Origin: Minisyncoccota bacterium
Lineage (GTDB): Bacteria; Patescibacteriota; Minisyncoccia; UBA6257; UBA9933
DNA length: 64,000 bases
Direction: 5' to 3'
NCBI GenBank assembly: GCA_041650415.1
Contig: JBAZLC010000002.1
Location: forward strand, 6,896-70,895
Position numbers and translations under genes: made by a program. Within the stretch, counting starts at the first letter, position 1; each line of letters starts with the position of its first letter. A model generated the notes under the pieces. It did not search any database. It saw only the letters and a program-made list of their open reading frames with translations, and had not been told where the DNA came from. Below are positions 9,171 through 18,628 of this stretch, piece after piece.

Positions 9171-10241
9171 TTAGCTTCTCTCCAATAATATTCTCAGTTC
9201 GCTCGGACTCAAAGAGTATAATTCGGCGTTTTCCAAAGAAATTTCTTTTTTCTTCAACAACGAAACTAAAGAACGGTTAAGCGTAGTCATTCCTTCCTGA
9301 ACCGAAGTTTCGATAACCAAGTCAATTTGATAAGCTTTCCTTTCACGGATAAGATTCCGGACGGCCGGATTGGTAAGCATGATTTCGCAGGCCGGAACTC
9401 TGCCGCCGTCTATTTTCGGAATCAACCTCTCGGAAACAATACCCACAAGAGTCGCCGCAAGCTGCGAAGAAATCTGACCTTGTTGTTCAACCGGGAAACT
9501 GTCTATTATTCTGTCTATTGTCTGTGAAGCGGAATTCGTATGAAGAGTCGAAAAAACGAGATGTCCGGTTTCGGCTGCCGTCATGGCGGTAGCCATTGAT
9601 TCTCTATCGCGCATTTCACCGATCATTATGACGTCCGGGTCTTGGCGCAAAAGCGATTTCAATCCCCTGTGAAAACTCAAAGTGTCAGCTTTGACCTCTC
9701 TTTGAGAAATTATGCTTTTATCTTGAGTAAAAATGTATTCTATCGGATCTTCAATGGTAATTATGTGATCCGTTCTCGCGTGATTAACTTCATCTACCAT
9801 CGCCGCCAAAGTTGTCGATTTTCCGTGTCCGGCCGGACCGACAACCAAAACAAATCCCTGAGATAATTTGCAGAAATCATGGAGAATCGGCGGCAAGCCC
9901 AACTCTTCAACGGTTTTAATTTGCGCCGGAATAAGCCTTAAAGCGGCAGCCAAATATCCGCGTTGATAAAAAATGTTTACCCTGAAGCGCGCTTTATCTT
10001 CATAACTATATGAAAAATCTATTTCCTTTTCCGACAAAAGCGTTTGTTTTTGCTCCGGTGTAAGCATCGAAAAAACCAATTCTTCGCTTAATTCCGAAGT
10101 AATTAAAGGTTCTTTTTGTAAAGGAATTAAAACTCCGTCTATCCTTAAGGTCGGGTGGCGTCCGGCCGCCAAATGCAAATCCGAAGCGTTTTGCCGCGCC
10201 GTTGCCAATAACAAATCGTTTAATTTTTGTTTGTAATCCAT
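9171..10241 (-). CDS. pilT: Type IV pilus retraction ATPase
   Basis: ASDLHL, GPAGHGKSTT, TIEDPIE, RQDPDVIMIGEMRD, AAETGHLVFSTLHT, AVRNLIRE. Confidence 0.95.
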   Translation of the reverse strand: MDYKQKLNDLLLATARQNASDLHLAAGRHPTLRIDGVLIPLQKEPLITSELSEELVFSMLTPEQKQTLLSEKEIDFSYSYEDKARFRVNIFYQRGYLAAALRLIPAQIKTVEELGLPPILHDFCKLSQGFVLVVGPAGHGKSTTLAAMVDEVNHARTDHIITIEDPIEYIFTQDKSIISQREVKADTLSFHRGLKSLLRQDPDVIMIGEMRDRESMATAMTAAETGHLVFSTLHTNSASQTIDRIIDSFPVEQQGQISSQLAATLVGIVSERLIPKIDGGRVPACEIMLTNPAVRNLIRERKAYQIDLVIETSVQEGMTTLNRSLVSLLKKKEISLENAELYSLSPSELRILLERS

Positions 10242-10255
10242 ATGCTTATATTATA

Positions 10256-11986
10256 TCACATTTCCGTGGTTTCTCTCAAAACCGTCTCCATAGAAACCAT
10301 ACCGTTTAAAGCTTTCAAAATTCCGTCCTGCCTTAATGTTATCATTTCCTGATGTTTTGCTTCTTCAAGAATTTTTCGTTCGGTCGGACTGCTGTTTATT
10401 ATATCTTGGAGTTCCGGGGTCATTTTCAAAATTTCAAATAATGCCACCCTGCCGCTGAAACCCTTGCCGTTACAAGCCGGGCAGCCGACGGGCTGATAAA
10501 TTTCGTACGGTTGTTTGAATTCTTTCATTTCTTTCGGCATATTTTCCGCTTCTTTTTTTATTATGGATTGAATTTTTTCCGGAGCGATTTCCGGCTTGCG
10601 GCATTTCTCACAAAGCCGCGGAACCAACCTTTGTGCTACGACCAAATTCAAAGCTGCCGGCAAAAGGAACGGCTCGACTCCCATGTTTATTAAACGCGGT
10701 ACTGCACCTAAAGAATTATTCGTGTGAAGAGTTGAAAGCACGATATGGCCTGTTAAAGCGGCGTGAACGGCGAGACCCGCGGTTTCGTTATCCCTGATTT
10801 CTCCAACCATGATAATGTCGGGGTCCTGGCGAAGAATTTGCCGCAAACCCGAAGCGAAGTCATAACCGATTTCCGGCTTAACTTGTGATTGGTTTAATCC
10901 ATCAATAAAATATTCAACCGGGTCTTCCAAACTTACGATATTAACCGCTTCTTTGTTTAAAATTTGCATCAAAGAGTAAAGAGTCGTTGTTTTTCCGGAA
11001 CCCGTCGGACCGGTAATCAAAATCATTCCGTAGGGTTTTTCTATTCCTTCTTCAACTATTTGAAAATTTCGGTCAACTAAACCCAAATCTCCCAATCCTT
11101 TCAAACCGACTGTCGGATCCAAAACGCGGATGGCGACTTTTTCGCCTATCGGCGTAGGAAAAGTGGAAACCCTGAAATCGATGTCGCGGTTAAAAAGAAC
11201 CGTTCTAAACCTGCCGTCTTGAGGCGCGCGCGTTTCATCTATTTTCAAGTTTGAAAGAACTTTAACACGCGAAACAATCGGTTGGTGAAGTTCTATTGGC
11301 AAAGACGAAACTTCCGATAAAGCTCCATCAAGCCTGAATCTTATTCGCAGCCTGTCTCTTTGCGGTTCTATGTGAATATCCGAAACTTTTTGCCAAACCG
11401 CTTCTTTAAGAGTTGAAGCCACTATTCTGATAATCGGCGCTTCTTCCGAAACGGAAGCTCCTTCTTCCAAAGTAACTATTTTTTGAGAGCTCCCCTTTTC
11501 TCTGACCGAATGCAAATTTAAAGATCTTACGGCCGTTTCAACCTCGCTGCTGTAAGGAGAATAACGTCTTAATATTTCTTCCCAAAGAGAATAACTAATA
11601 AGATAAATTCCCAAATTCAATCTTGATTGCTTGGCGATGAATTTCAAGGCTTCCTGAGCCTTGATGTCATCGGGATTTATCATTCCAACAACCAAAACAT
11701 CAGCCGACCGGCTGATGGGAACGACTCTGTAATTTCTGACCGTTTCTTCGGGAATAAACTTTAAAATTTCATCGGGAATTTCTTCGGATTTTATCTTTTT
11801 ATAAGGGACGTTTAAAATCCTACTTTTTATTTCATTTAGCTTGTCTTCGTCTATCAGCCGCCTTTCGTAAAATAATTCGTCAACTTTCTTTCCCGATAGA
11901 GACGCGTCTTGAAAAACTTTTTTTAACGAGTCCTCGTCTAAAACGCCGGCTTTTGTTAACTCTTGAATTAAGATTTTATTTTCCAC
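10256..11986 (-). CDS. pilB: Type IV pilus assembly ATPase PilB/GspE
   Basis: SDIHIEP, PQDGR, GPTGSGKTTT, RQDPDIIMVGEIRD, tetra-Cys motif. Confidence 0.95.
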   Translation of the reverse strand: MENKILIQELTKAGVLDEDSLKKVFQDASLSGKKVDELFYERRLIDEDKLNEIKSRILNVPYKKIKSEEIPDEILKFIPEETVRNYRVVPISRSADVLVVGMINPDDIKAQEALKFIAKQSRLNLGIYLISYSLWEEILRRYSPYSSEVETAVRSLNLHSVREKGSSQKIVTLEEGASVSEEAPIIRIVASTLKEAVWQKVSDIHIEPQRDRLRIRFRLDGALSEVSSLPIELHQPIVSRVKVLSNLKIDETRAPQDGRFRTVLFNRDIDFRVSTFPTPIGEKVAIRVLDPTVGLKGLGDLGLVDRNFQIVEEGIEKPYGMILITGPTGSGKTTTLYSLMQILNKEAVNIVSLEDPVEYFIDGLNQSQVKPEIGYDFASGLRQILRQDPDIIMVGEIRDNETAGLAVHAALTGHIVLSTLHTNNSLGAVPRLINMGVEPFLLPAALNLVVAQRLVPRLCEKCRKPEIAPEKIQSIIKKEAENMPKEMKEFKQPYEIYQPVGCPACNGKGFSGRVALFEILKMTPELQDIINSSPTERKILEEAKHQEMITLRQDGILKALNGMVSMETVLRETTEM

Positions 11987-11997
11987 GATTTTTTATT

Positions 11998-12285
11998 TTA
12001 CTTTAAAAATGGATTGCTCTTTCCGGGCATTCCGGCTTCAACCGGATTGATATACTGCCTAAGAATTTGGAATTTAGGATTATTAACTACTTCTTCGGGA
12101 TTCAATTTAATGCCCGAAAGATCTTTTAATGTCTGCGTATTTTGAGAAATAACTTTTTCTATTAATGGTGTTGGCGCGAAAAATAAATAATAAGCCAAAG
12201 CTATTATTATTCCTGACAATGAAATCCACAAAATAAGCGGAAACCAATTTATTCTTCTTTTTTCTTCTTCAACAATTATAGCCAT
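11998..12285 (-). CDS. Small single-TM pilus operon protein (PilP position)
   Basis: One TM; C-terminal GKSNPF; lies between pilO and pilB. Confidence 0.6.
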   Translation of the reverse strand: MAIIVEEEKRRINWFPLILWISLSGIIIALAYYLFFAPTPLIEKVISQNTQTLKDLSGIKLNPEEVVNNPKFQILRQYINPVEAGMPGKSNPFLK

Positions 12286-12290
12286 AAATT

Positions 12291-12863
12291 TTAATCAGTT
12301 TGATAATACGTTTCCATGTTAGCCGTAAAGGAAAAATTCCCACCGCCAGTCTTTAAAATTTGAACGGGTTCTATTTTTAAATCAACCAAATCCATCAACG
12401 CGATATTCGTTTCAATTGCCTTAAGAAAAGCTTTAAAATTTTCATAGGTTCCGCTTACTTGAAAACTAAACCTTAAAACTCCGATGCTTTTTACCAATTT
12501 CTGGTTGCTTGAAGGCTTATTTGCCCTCTTTGTCACAGTCAGCGATTCAAGCTTTAAATTATTGATCGCCGCCAAGCTTGAAATCTGACTCAAACTCAGA
12601 CCGACGTTCTGAGACAAAGGCAAAATAGTTCCAATGACATTTTCAATGCTTGAAATATTTTCCTGTTCTTTTAAAAGATTTTGTATTTGAGCTATTGCCG
12701 ATTGCTGTTCGTTCGCCGCTTGCGAATTACTCAATAATTCCGCCCTTAAATCTTTTATTTCGGAATAAGCCGGCGAAACAAAATTACTATAAACGAAAAT
12801 CGCCGCGATAAACATTAATGCCGATAATAAAATACTTATGAATCTTTTTGATGAAGAACGCAT
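12291..12863 (-). CDS. pilO: Type IV pilus alignment protein PilO
   Basis: TM, coiled coil, VSGTYENFKAFLKAIE; operon position. Confidence 0.8.
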   Translation of the reverse strand: MRSSSKRFISILLSALMFIAAIFVYSNFVSPAYSEIKDLRAELLSNSQAANEQQSAIAQIQNLLKEQENISSIENVIGTILPLSQNVGLSLSQISSLAAINNLKLESLTVTKRANKPSSNQKLVKSIGVLRFSFQVSGTYENFKAFLKAIETNIALMDLVDLKIEPVQILKTGGGNFSFTANMETYYQTD

Positions 12864-12866
12864 GTT

Positions 12867-13415
12867 TTATTTAAAATTATCCGGCGATAAATTAATTCTT
12901 ATTGAAAAACTTATTCCGTCCGCTGTTGATTTCGCGTTATTTAAAACGGCATCGCCAAATAACTGATTGCTCCTGAAATAATCCAACTGCTTAATCAGCG
13001 TAGTGTAATCTTGCGACACGCCCTGTAAATCCAATCTCTTTTCAACCAACGAAAAACTTAAACTTGTGTAATAAATTTGCGGATAAGTGCCTTTTTCCAA
13101 TTCATCAAATAAATTAGAAGCTATAACATGAGAATCCAATAAATCCCTGATATTTGTCAATTGTGAATAAATGTTGGTTAAATTTGTTCGCTGTTCGCTG
13201 TTAACGGTTTTTTCCGATTCTTTTATTTGGGCGTTAACCGCGCTGATTTGAGAATTCAAATAAGGCTGGTATCCAAAAATCATTCCGAAATAACTTGCCA
13301 ATATCAAACCCAAAATGGCGAAAGAAAAAATTAAAAGCTGCCAAGGCAATTCTACTGGCACTTTGTTTCCGGTTTTTCTTAATTGTTCTTCAAGAACGTT
13401 TCTTGTGTCTGCCAT
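12867..13415 (-). CDS. pilN: Type IV pilus alignment protein PilN
   Basis: TM, coiled coil and ferredoxin-like tail; directly after pilM. Confidence 0.7.
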   Translation of the reverse strand: MADTRNVLEEQLRKTGNKVPVELPWQLLIFSFAILGLILASYFGMIFGYQPYLNSQISAVNAQIKESEKTVNSEQRTNLTNIYSQLTNIRDLLDSHVIASNLFDELEKGTYPQIYYTSLSFSLVEKRLDLQGVSQDYTTLIKQLDYFRSNQLFGDAVLNNAKSTADGISFSIRINLSPDNFK

Positions 13416-13422
13416 TTTTTTA

Positions 13423-14499
13423 TTATACGAATTCTCTTAATCCTAAACCTATCGCTACGCTAAACGACGGCCCCAGTTCATTGACAAACGGTTCAGCCGC
13501 CGGAGGATAATCTATTTTTGAAAACGGATTTCCAATGGCTGTAGGCAAATTTATCTGTTTTTCAAAATATTTATCGATTCCCAACAGGCTGGCGCCTCCG
13601 CCGGACAAAACGACTCTTTCTATTTTACGTTCGTTGTTTTTATTATAATTGTCGCAAGCCCTTTTCGCTTCATTAATTATAGCATCCAAAAAGGGAAAGA
13701 TTAATGTGGATAACTCATAATCACCCCTGCCTCCTAAAAGCCCTCTTTGCCTTTTTAATTCTTCGGCTCTGCGAGGATTAATGCTTAAACCGCTCGCTAT
13801 CGCCTGAGTCAAAGAACCGCCGGAAAAATCAGTTTGGTAATTGTATCTTAATAAGCCGTTTTCCGAAACCGCCATATTTGTGGAACGGGCGCCAATATCA
13901 ACCAAAAGCGTCGGCGTCGGATCTTTGCCGACAACCGATCTTATTAAGCTCAAGCTTTCAACTTCCAAAGATTTCAACCGCAAACCCGCCAATTTAAAAA
14001 CGTTTTGATATCTTTTTATCTGTTCGTTTGGAATGGAAATTATCAATATCTCCTGCTTGTCAAAACCCTTATCATCGGATTTCTCGCCTACCTTAAACCA
14101 TTCAATCGTTACTTCAGAGACGGGCAAAGGAATATATTGATCTAATTGAAAAGAGACCGTTTTCGCGGTGTCGGAATCCGACATTTTCGGTAAATCTATT
14201 AAAGTTATAAACGCGGAAAACGACGGGATTGAAGCGCTGACGGAATCCGTCCCGGGTCTTAATTTAGCAAGAAGCAATTTCAAAAGTTCGGCTGTTTCTT
14301 TTTCGGCTATTTTTAAAGAGTTCGTCTGAATGGCGTCGTTTAAACGTTCTAAATGCCCGTGGCTTTCCAAAAAACCGTAATTTTTAAGTCTGGGTCTCAC
14401 CTTACCGGTTGAGATCTCGGCTATTTTTATTGAAGTCGTGCCTATATCGACACCAAGATGCGACTCGCCGCCGACTAAAGATTTTATAAAATTAAACAT
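13423..14499 (-). CDS. pilM: Type IV pilus actin-like ATPase PilM
   Basis: GVDIGTTSIK, VDIGARST, LSGGGA, AIGLGLR. Confidence 0.95.
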   Translation of the reverse strand: MFNFIKSLVGGESHLGVDIGTTSIKIAEISTGKVRPRLKNYGFLESHGHLERLNDAIQTNSLKIAEKETAELLKLLLAKLRPGTDSVSASIPSFSAFITLIDLPKMSDSDTAKTVSFQLDQYIPLPVSEVTIEWFKVGEKSDDKGFDKQEILIISIPNEQIKRYQNVFKLAGLRLKSLEVESLSLIRSVVGKDPTPTLLVDIGARSTNMAVSENGLLRYNYQTDFSGGSLTQAIASGLSINPRRAEELKRQRGLLGGRGDYELSTLIFPFLDAIINEAKRACDNYNKNNERKIERVVLSGGGASLLGIDKYFEKQINLPTAIGNPFSKIDYPPAAEPFVNELGPSFSVAIGLGLREFV

Positions 14500-14504
14500 T
14501 GCAA

Positions 14505-14514
14505 TATAATTATA
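14505..14514. promoter_or_regulatory. Palindromic bidirectional -10 element (TATAATTATA) between pilM and comF
   Basis: TATAAT on both strands within a 17-nt gap, 6 nt before the comF ATG and 9 nt before the pilM ATG. Confidence 0.65.
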
Positions 14515-14516
14515 CT

Positions 14517-15233
14517 ATGTTTTTTACTTTAATCAAAGCAAAAGAAATCGCGCTCGATATTATCTTCCCCCGTATTTGCATCGGTTGCGAAAAACGCCTG
14601 AATGACAAGACTGATCCTGTCTGTAATGCCTGCCTTGAATCAATAAAAATAAATTCCGCTTTTTTCTGTCCTATTTGCAAAGGACGATTGCCCGACGTGG
14701 AAAAAACCTGCCATCCAGGATCACGTTTTATTCTTGCTTCGGCCGGAAATTATGACGACCCGGTTCTTCAAAAAATAATCAAATCTTTTAAATATCAAGG
14801 AATTGAAAACTTGGCGCCGGTTTTAGGAAAATTAATCATCAAATACGTTAAAAATTGCGAGTCTAAAATTCCCCAATTATCTAATTATCAAATTACCTTT
14901 ATCCCCCTGCACAAAAGCCGTGAAAGACAAAGAGGTTTTAATCAGGCAGAACTTATAGCAAAGTCCATCGCCGAATATTTTAATCTGCCGCTGATTAAAA
15001 CCATTAAAAGATCAAAAAAGACCGAACCTCAGGCAAAAATGAAAAATAAAGAAAAAAGGCTTAAAAACATTTCCGGGTGTTTCAGTATTCCAAATCCAGA
15101 TTCCGTAAAAAATAAAAACGTCATCTTGATTGACGACGTTTTTACCACGGGCGACACAATAAACGAAGCCGTAAAAATCCTGAAAGAAAATGGTGTGAAA
15201 AAGATAATTGCCCTGGTGGCAGCAAAAGCCTGA
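14517..15233 (+). CDS. comF: Competence protein ComF (double zinc ribbon + PRTase)
   Basis: IFPRICIGC, RGFNQAE, LIDDVFTTGDT. Start moved to ATG 14517. Confidence 0.9.
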   Translation: MFFTLIKAKEIALDIIFPRICIGCEKRLNDKTDPVCNACLESIKINSAFFCPICKGRLPDVEKTCHPGSRFILASAGNYDDPVLQKIIKSFKYQGIENLAPVLGKLIIKYVKNCESKIPQLSNYQITFIPLHKSRERQRGFNQAELIAKSIAEYFNLPLIKTIKRSKKTEPQAKMKNKEKRLKNISGCFSIPNPDSVKNKNVILIDDVFTTGDTINEAVKILKENGVKKIIALVAAKA

Positions 15234-15608
15234 TTATTTTTGCCGCTTTTCAAGCAATTCCAATTTTTTTAAAATCATTTCTATCTCTTTTTCAGCTTTA
15301 AGATTTGTTTCAAAATCGTTTTCCGCCCTTAATTCAGAGTGTCTATTTTGCAAATTTTGTCCGGTTAAAATAAGAGGAAGGAAAAAAAGTTGTATCATAT
15401 TTGCAATAAAAGCCCAAAGCGCAAAAGCCGGGTACGCATCAAATCTTAATTCCTCGAAAGCGAAAACATTCCAAGCCAACCATGCTAATGTCCAAATAAA
15501 CACAATCAAGAAAAATCCCATTGTACCAACACGATTTGTTATCCAAACGGCAAATTTTTCCATCCTTGTCAGACTTTCGAAATGTTGAATATTTACGTTT
15601 TTAGCCAT
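15234..15608 (-). CDS. DUF1003-like membrane protein
   Basis: VGTMGFF, FDAYPAF, PLILTGQN, RAENDFETNLKAEKEIE. Confidence 0.8.
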   Translation of the reverse strand: MAKNVNIQHFESLTRMEKFAVWITNRVGTMGFFLIVFIWTLAWLAWNVFAFEELRFDAYPAFALWAFIANMIQLFFLPLILTGQNLQNRHSELRAENDFETNLKAEKEIEMILKKLELLEKRQK

Positions 15609-15621
15609 AATATTTATTTAT

Positions 15622-16800
15622 TTAATTCCGGCCCTTTAAATAATTATAATATTTTTTCTCAAGTTTTTCCATTTTCCCGGCGGACTCGCGGATTTCGGCG
15701 AAAAGATTTTTATAAAATTGGATATTGTGCAACATTGCCAATTTTTGGCCGCGCATTTTATCATTTTTAAAAAGTTCCCTGAGCTCACGCCTTGAAATCT
15801 TGTTTTTACAAACCCAGCAATCGCAATTTTTATCTATCAATTTTTTGTCTTTGGAAAAAATCTCTTTTTCAATAGCAAGTTTTCCGCCCGGAACGTAAAT
15901 TCTGCCGTGCCTCGCCTCACGCGTGGGAATAACGCAGTCAAATAAATCGATCCCCTGTTTCACCGCGATAAAAATATCGTTTAATTTGCCTATCCCCAAA
16001 AGGTGCCGCGGCTTATCGCCCGGCAAACCACTTAAAGCCCAGCCTAAAACCTCTTTCATTTGTTTTTCGCCAAAAGATCCCCCTATGCCGAATCCGCCAA
16101 AAGGCAAAGAACCGATAATTTTTGAAGACTTTTCCCTTAAATCTTTATAAATTCCACCCTGAACTATTCCAAATAGCATTTGTTTGTTGTTTGTAGTTTG
16201 TCGTTTACTATTAAACTCTTCCAAACAACGAACCGCCCATCTGTGCGTGCGTTCCACAGCCTTTTTGTTATAAGCATGATCATGAAGCGGCGAAGTACAT
16301 TCATCAAAAGCGAAAATAATATCCGCGCCGATGTCTTTTTGAAGCTTTATCGATTTTTCCGGAGTAAGTTCGTATTTTTTATCGCTATATTCAAAAACTA
16401 CCCCATTCTCGGAAATTTTTACCTGGCTATTTCCTTTTATATGTAAAGAGTTTACACCTTCGCTTTTTAAAACTTTCCCAATCGCATGAGTCTTCCCCCA
16501 ACCAAGCGAAAAAACCTGGAATCCGCCGGAATCCGTCATTATCGGGTTTTTCAATCCACTCCAGTTATGAATGCCTCCGGCTTTTTTTATTTCCGGTATT
16601 TTTTTATTAACGAAAAGGTGAAAAGTGTTTGAAATCGTTAATTTGAGCTTTGCCTTTTCATGGTCTTGTTTGTCAAAAAATTTCACTCCTCCGTTGGTGG
16701 CGACAATCGCCAGATTGGGCGTTTCTATTTTGCCGTGTGGAGTTTTTAAAATCCCCGTCCGAAATTTCCCGCGGCTGTTTTTAATTTCAAATTCAAACAT
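15622..16800 (-). CDS. tgt: tRNA-guanine transglycosylase
   Basis: TDSGGFQVFSL, FDEC, GIVQGG, PRHLLGIG, DLFDCVIPTR, CDCWVC...HN. Confidence 0.95.
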   Translation of the reverse strand: MFEFEIKNSRGKFRTGILKTPHGKIETPNLAIVATNGGVKFFDKQDHEKAKLKLTISNTFHLFVNKKIPEIKKAGGIHNWSGLKNPIMTDSGGFQVFSLGWGKTHAIGKVLKSEGVNSLHIKGNSQVKISENGVVFEYSDKKYELTPEKSIKLQKDIGADIIFAFDECTSPLHDHAYNKKAVERTHRWAVRCLEEFNSKRQTTNNKQMLFGIVQGGIYKDLREKSSKIIGSLPFGGFGIGGSFGEKQMKEVLGWALSGLPGDKPRHLLGIGKLNDIFIAVKQGIDLFDCVIPTREARHGRIYVPGGKLAIEKEIFSKDKKLIDKNCDCWVCKNKISRRELRELFKNDKMRGQKLAMLHNIQFYKNLFAEIRESAGKMEKLEKKYYNYLKGRN

Positions 16801-16809
16801 TTTAAAATT

Positions 16810-17439
16810 TTAAAATCCGAAAGACTGTCCGACTATTAATTTAAATACGAACTCCGCTAAAGGAGAAAGAAACAAAAAAGAAATCGCCAAAGCTAAAAAT
16901 ATTCCGACAAAACCCAGAGCCGCGACGGCATAGCTGGTTTTCGGGAATAAATCCATTAACGCTTTTGAGCCATCAAGCGGCGGGATCGGAATAAGATTAA
17001 AAATCCCTAAAAAGATATTAATATAAACTATCAATGCCAAAGCGGACAAAAATATTCCTGAAAAAATCGTTGTCCCAAAAACACCGACAAAAGCCAACCT
17101 GATAAAAATTCCCAGAATCAAAGCTATTAAAAAGTTAGCTGCCGGCCCGGCAATTCCAACTTTAAGTGAACCATATTTTTTGTCGCGTAAATTATAAGGA
17201 TTATAAGGCACCGGCTTAGCCCAACCGATGAATATCCCGCCAAAAAAAAGAAGAAATAAAGGAACGATAACCGTTCCCGTTAAATCAACGTGTTTTAAAG
17301 GATTTAAAGTAAGCCTGCCTTCGTCTTTAGCCGTTGAATCGCCGAGCCTAAAAGCGACAAAAGCGTGGGCAAATTCATGAAAACTCGCCGAAAGTACGAT
17401 TATGATATAAAGAAAAAATTTAGTATAAAAATCTTCCAT
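16810..17439 (-). CDS. Site-2 protease (M50) family
   Basis: HEFAH, AGPAAN, FNLIPIPPLDG. Confidence 0.95.
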   Translation of the reverse strand: MEDFYTKFFLYIIIVLSASFHEFAHAFVAFRLGDSTAKDEGRLTLNPLKHVDLTGTVIVPLFLLFFGGIFIGWAKPVPYNPYNLRDKKYGSLKVGIAGPAANFLIALILGIFIRLAFVGVFGTTIFSGIFLSALALIVYINIFLGIFNLIPIPPLDGSKALMDLFPKTSYAVAALGFVGIFLALAISFLFLSPLAEFVFKLIVGQSFGF

Positions 17440-17479
17440 ACTTTACTTTTTATAATTTATTTAGTAGTATTTAACGACT

Positions 17480-17659
17480 ATGAAACAATGCGCAATATGC
17501 GGCAAGGGTTCAATTATCCGCGGAGCCAGAAAGAAGCTTCGCAGCAATTATAACCCGACGCCTAAAAAAAAGAAACAGCCTAATCTCCAATGGATGAAAT
17601 CCGCTGACGGCGGACGAGTTTTGGCCTGCGCCAAATGCCTTAAAAGCAAAAGGACCTAA
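17480..17659 (+). CDS. rpmB: 50S ribosomal protein bL28, zinc-binding type (59 aa, below the ORF-track cutoff)
   Basis: Manual translation MKQCAICGKG...KQPNLQW...RVLACAKCLKSKRT matches the L28 pattern CxICGK...PNLQ...CxxCLK. Confidence 0.85.
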   Translation: MKQCAICGKGSIIRGARKKLRSNYNPTPKKKKQPNLQWMKSADGGRVLACAKCLKSKRT

Positions 17660-17666
17660 AAGCGTA

Positions 17667-17740
17667 CGGGGTGTAGTATACCGGCAGTACGCATGCATGG
17701 GGTGCATGTAGACCGGGTTCAATTCCCGGCACCCCGACCA
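17667..17740 (+). tRNA. tRNA-Pro(GGG)
   Basis: Acceptor CGGGGTG/CACCCCG, anticodon arm CATGC-ATGGGGT-GCATG, T-arm CCGGG-TTCAATT-CCCGG, encoded CCA. Confidence 0.95.
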
Positions 17741-17783
17741 AGCTAAGCTTGGTCAAAGACCAGCTAAGCTGGCCTACCAACAA

Positions 17784-17810
17784 AAAAATCCCGCTTAATG
17801 CGGGATTTTT
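17784..17810. terminator. Bidirectional intrinsic terminator
   Basis: AAAAATCCCGC-TTAAT-GCGGGATTTTT between convergent units. Confidence 0.8.
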
Positions 17811-17812
17811 AT

Positions 17813-18415
17813 TTAGCTATTATCGAAGTTTTTCATAACATCGTTAAACTTTCTGTTTAACTCGTTAATTACTTTAATGTCATCATTTATTTTCGCTACC
17901 AATTCGGAAATTTTATCTCCGCTGTATTTCCCCAAAAATTTATTTTGCAAAATTTCAAGCAATTTAGTAAGATCGTCGTTATAATCAATAAGCTTGCTTA
18001 TTAAAGAGGTTTCTGAAGCTATCGCCTCAAGCGCGGTCCGGCTTGCGGAATCCGGAGAAATCGCCGATAAATTTTTCGTCATTGTTTCCAATTGGACGGA
18101 AAGATTTATGGCTTTATCTCTCGATTCTTTATTCCGTTCAAGCTCTTGAGAAACCAAAATAAGAGCTTCCGTGTATTTGCCGTCTTTATCAAGCTGGGAA
18201 ATTTGGCTAAGAGTGTTTGTTGATTGGCCGGATATTCCCACTATTTCCGAAGCGATGATAGAAGCCTGCTGCCGAGCCTGCAAAAAATCACTGGGAACTT
18301 TTTTAGCATCCGCGAACCAAAACTGGAAAGCGAGAAAAGCCGCTGAAATAATGATTATAAAAAGGATTAACATCTTAATCCTTTTGGGAATTTTTGAATA
18401 AATTTCAGAAAACAT
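17813..18415 (-). CDS. Hypothetical single-TM helical protein
   Basis: 200-aa ORF with an N-terminal TM and a coiled-coil body. Confidence 0.7.
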   Translation of the reverse strand: MFSEIYSKIPKRIKMLILFIIIISAAFLAFQFWFADAKKVPSDFLQARQQASIIASEIVGISGQSTNTLSQISQLDKDGKYTEALILVSQELERNKESRDKAINLSVQLETMTKNLSAISPDSASRTALEAIASETSLISKLIDYNDDLTKLLEILQNKFLGKYSGDKISELVAKINDDIKVINELNRKFNDVMKNFDNS

Positions 18416-18423
18416 TTTAAACT

Positions 18424-18465
18424 ATAATACCACCACTTGCCTCAAAAGGCAAGAATGAATATAAT
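18424..18465. promoter_or_regulatory. Back-to-back sigma70 promoters
   Basis: Plus strand: TTGCCT(18437)-N17-TATAAT(18460) toward tRNA-Gly. Minus strand: TTGCCT-N17-TATTAT toward ATG 18415. Confidence 0.65.
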
Positions 18466-18504
18466 AGAAAAAACGCGGATTTGCTCCGCTAAAACGAAGC
18501 GAAG

Positions 18505-18575
18505 GCGGGTATCGTATAACGGCATTACCTCAGCTTTCCAAGCTGATGACAGGGGTCCGACTCCCCTTACCCGCT
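18505..18575 (+). tRNA. tRNA-Gly(TCC)
   Basis: Acceptor GCGGGTA/TACCCGC, anticodon arm TCAGC-TTTCCAA-GCTGA, atypical T-loop TCCGACT, no encoded CCA. Confidence 0.9.
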
Positions 18576-18576
18576 C

Positions 18577-18623
18577 ATAAATAAATTGCCTCACGCCTTT
18601 ATGGCGTGGGGCAATTTATTTAT
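18577..18623. terminator. Long hairpin/terminator after tRNA-Gly
   Basis: ATAAATAAATTGCCTCACGCC-TTTAT-GGCGTGGGGCAATTTATTTAT. Confidence 0.8.
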
Positions 18624-18628
18624 TGTGT

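Noticed and set aside
17440-17740. Possible tmRNA or other large ncRNA ending in a tRNA-like CCA
   Set aside because: The region is fully explained by rpmB plus a complete tRNA-Pro cloverleaf.
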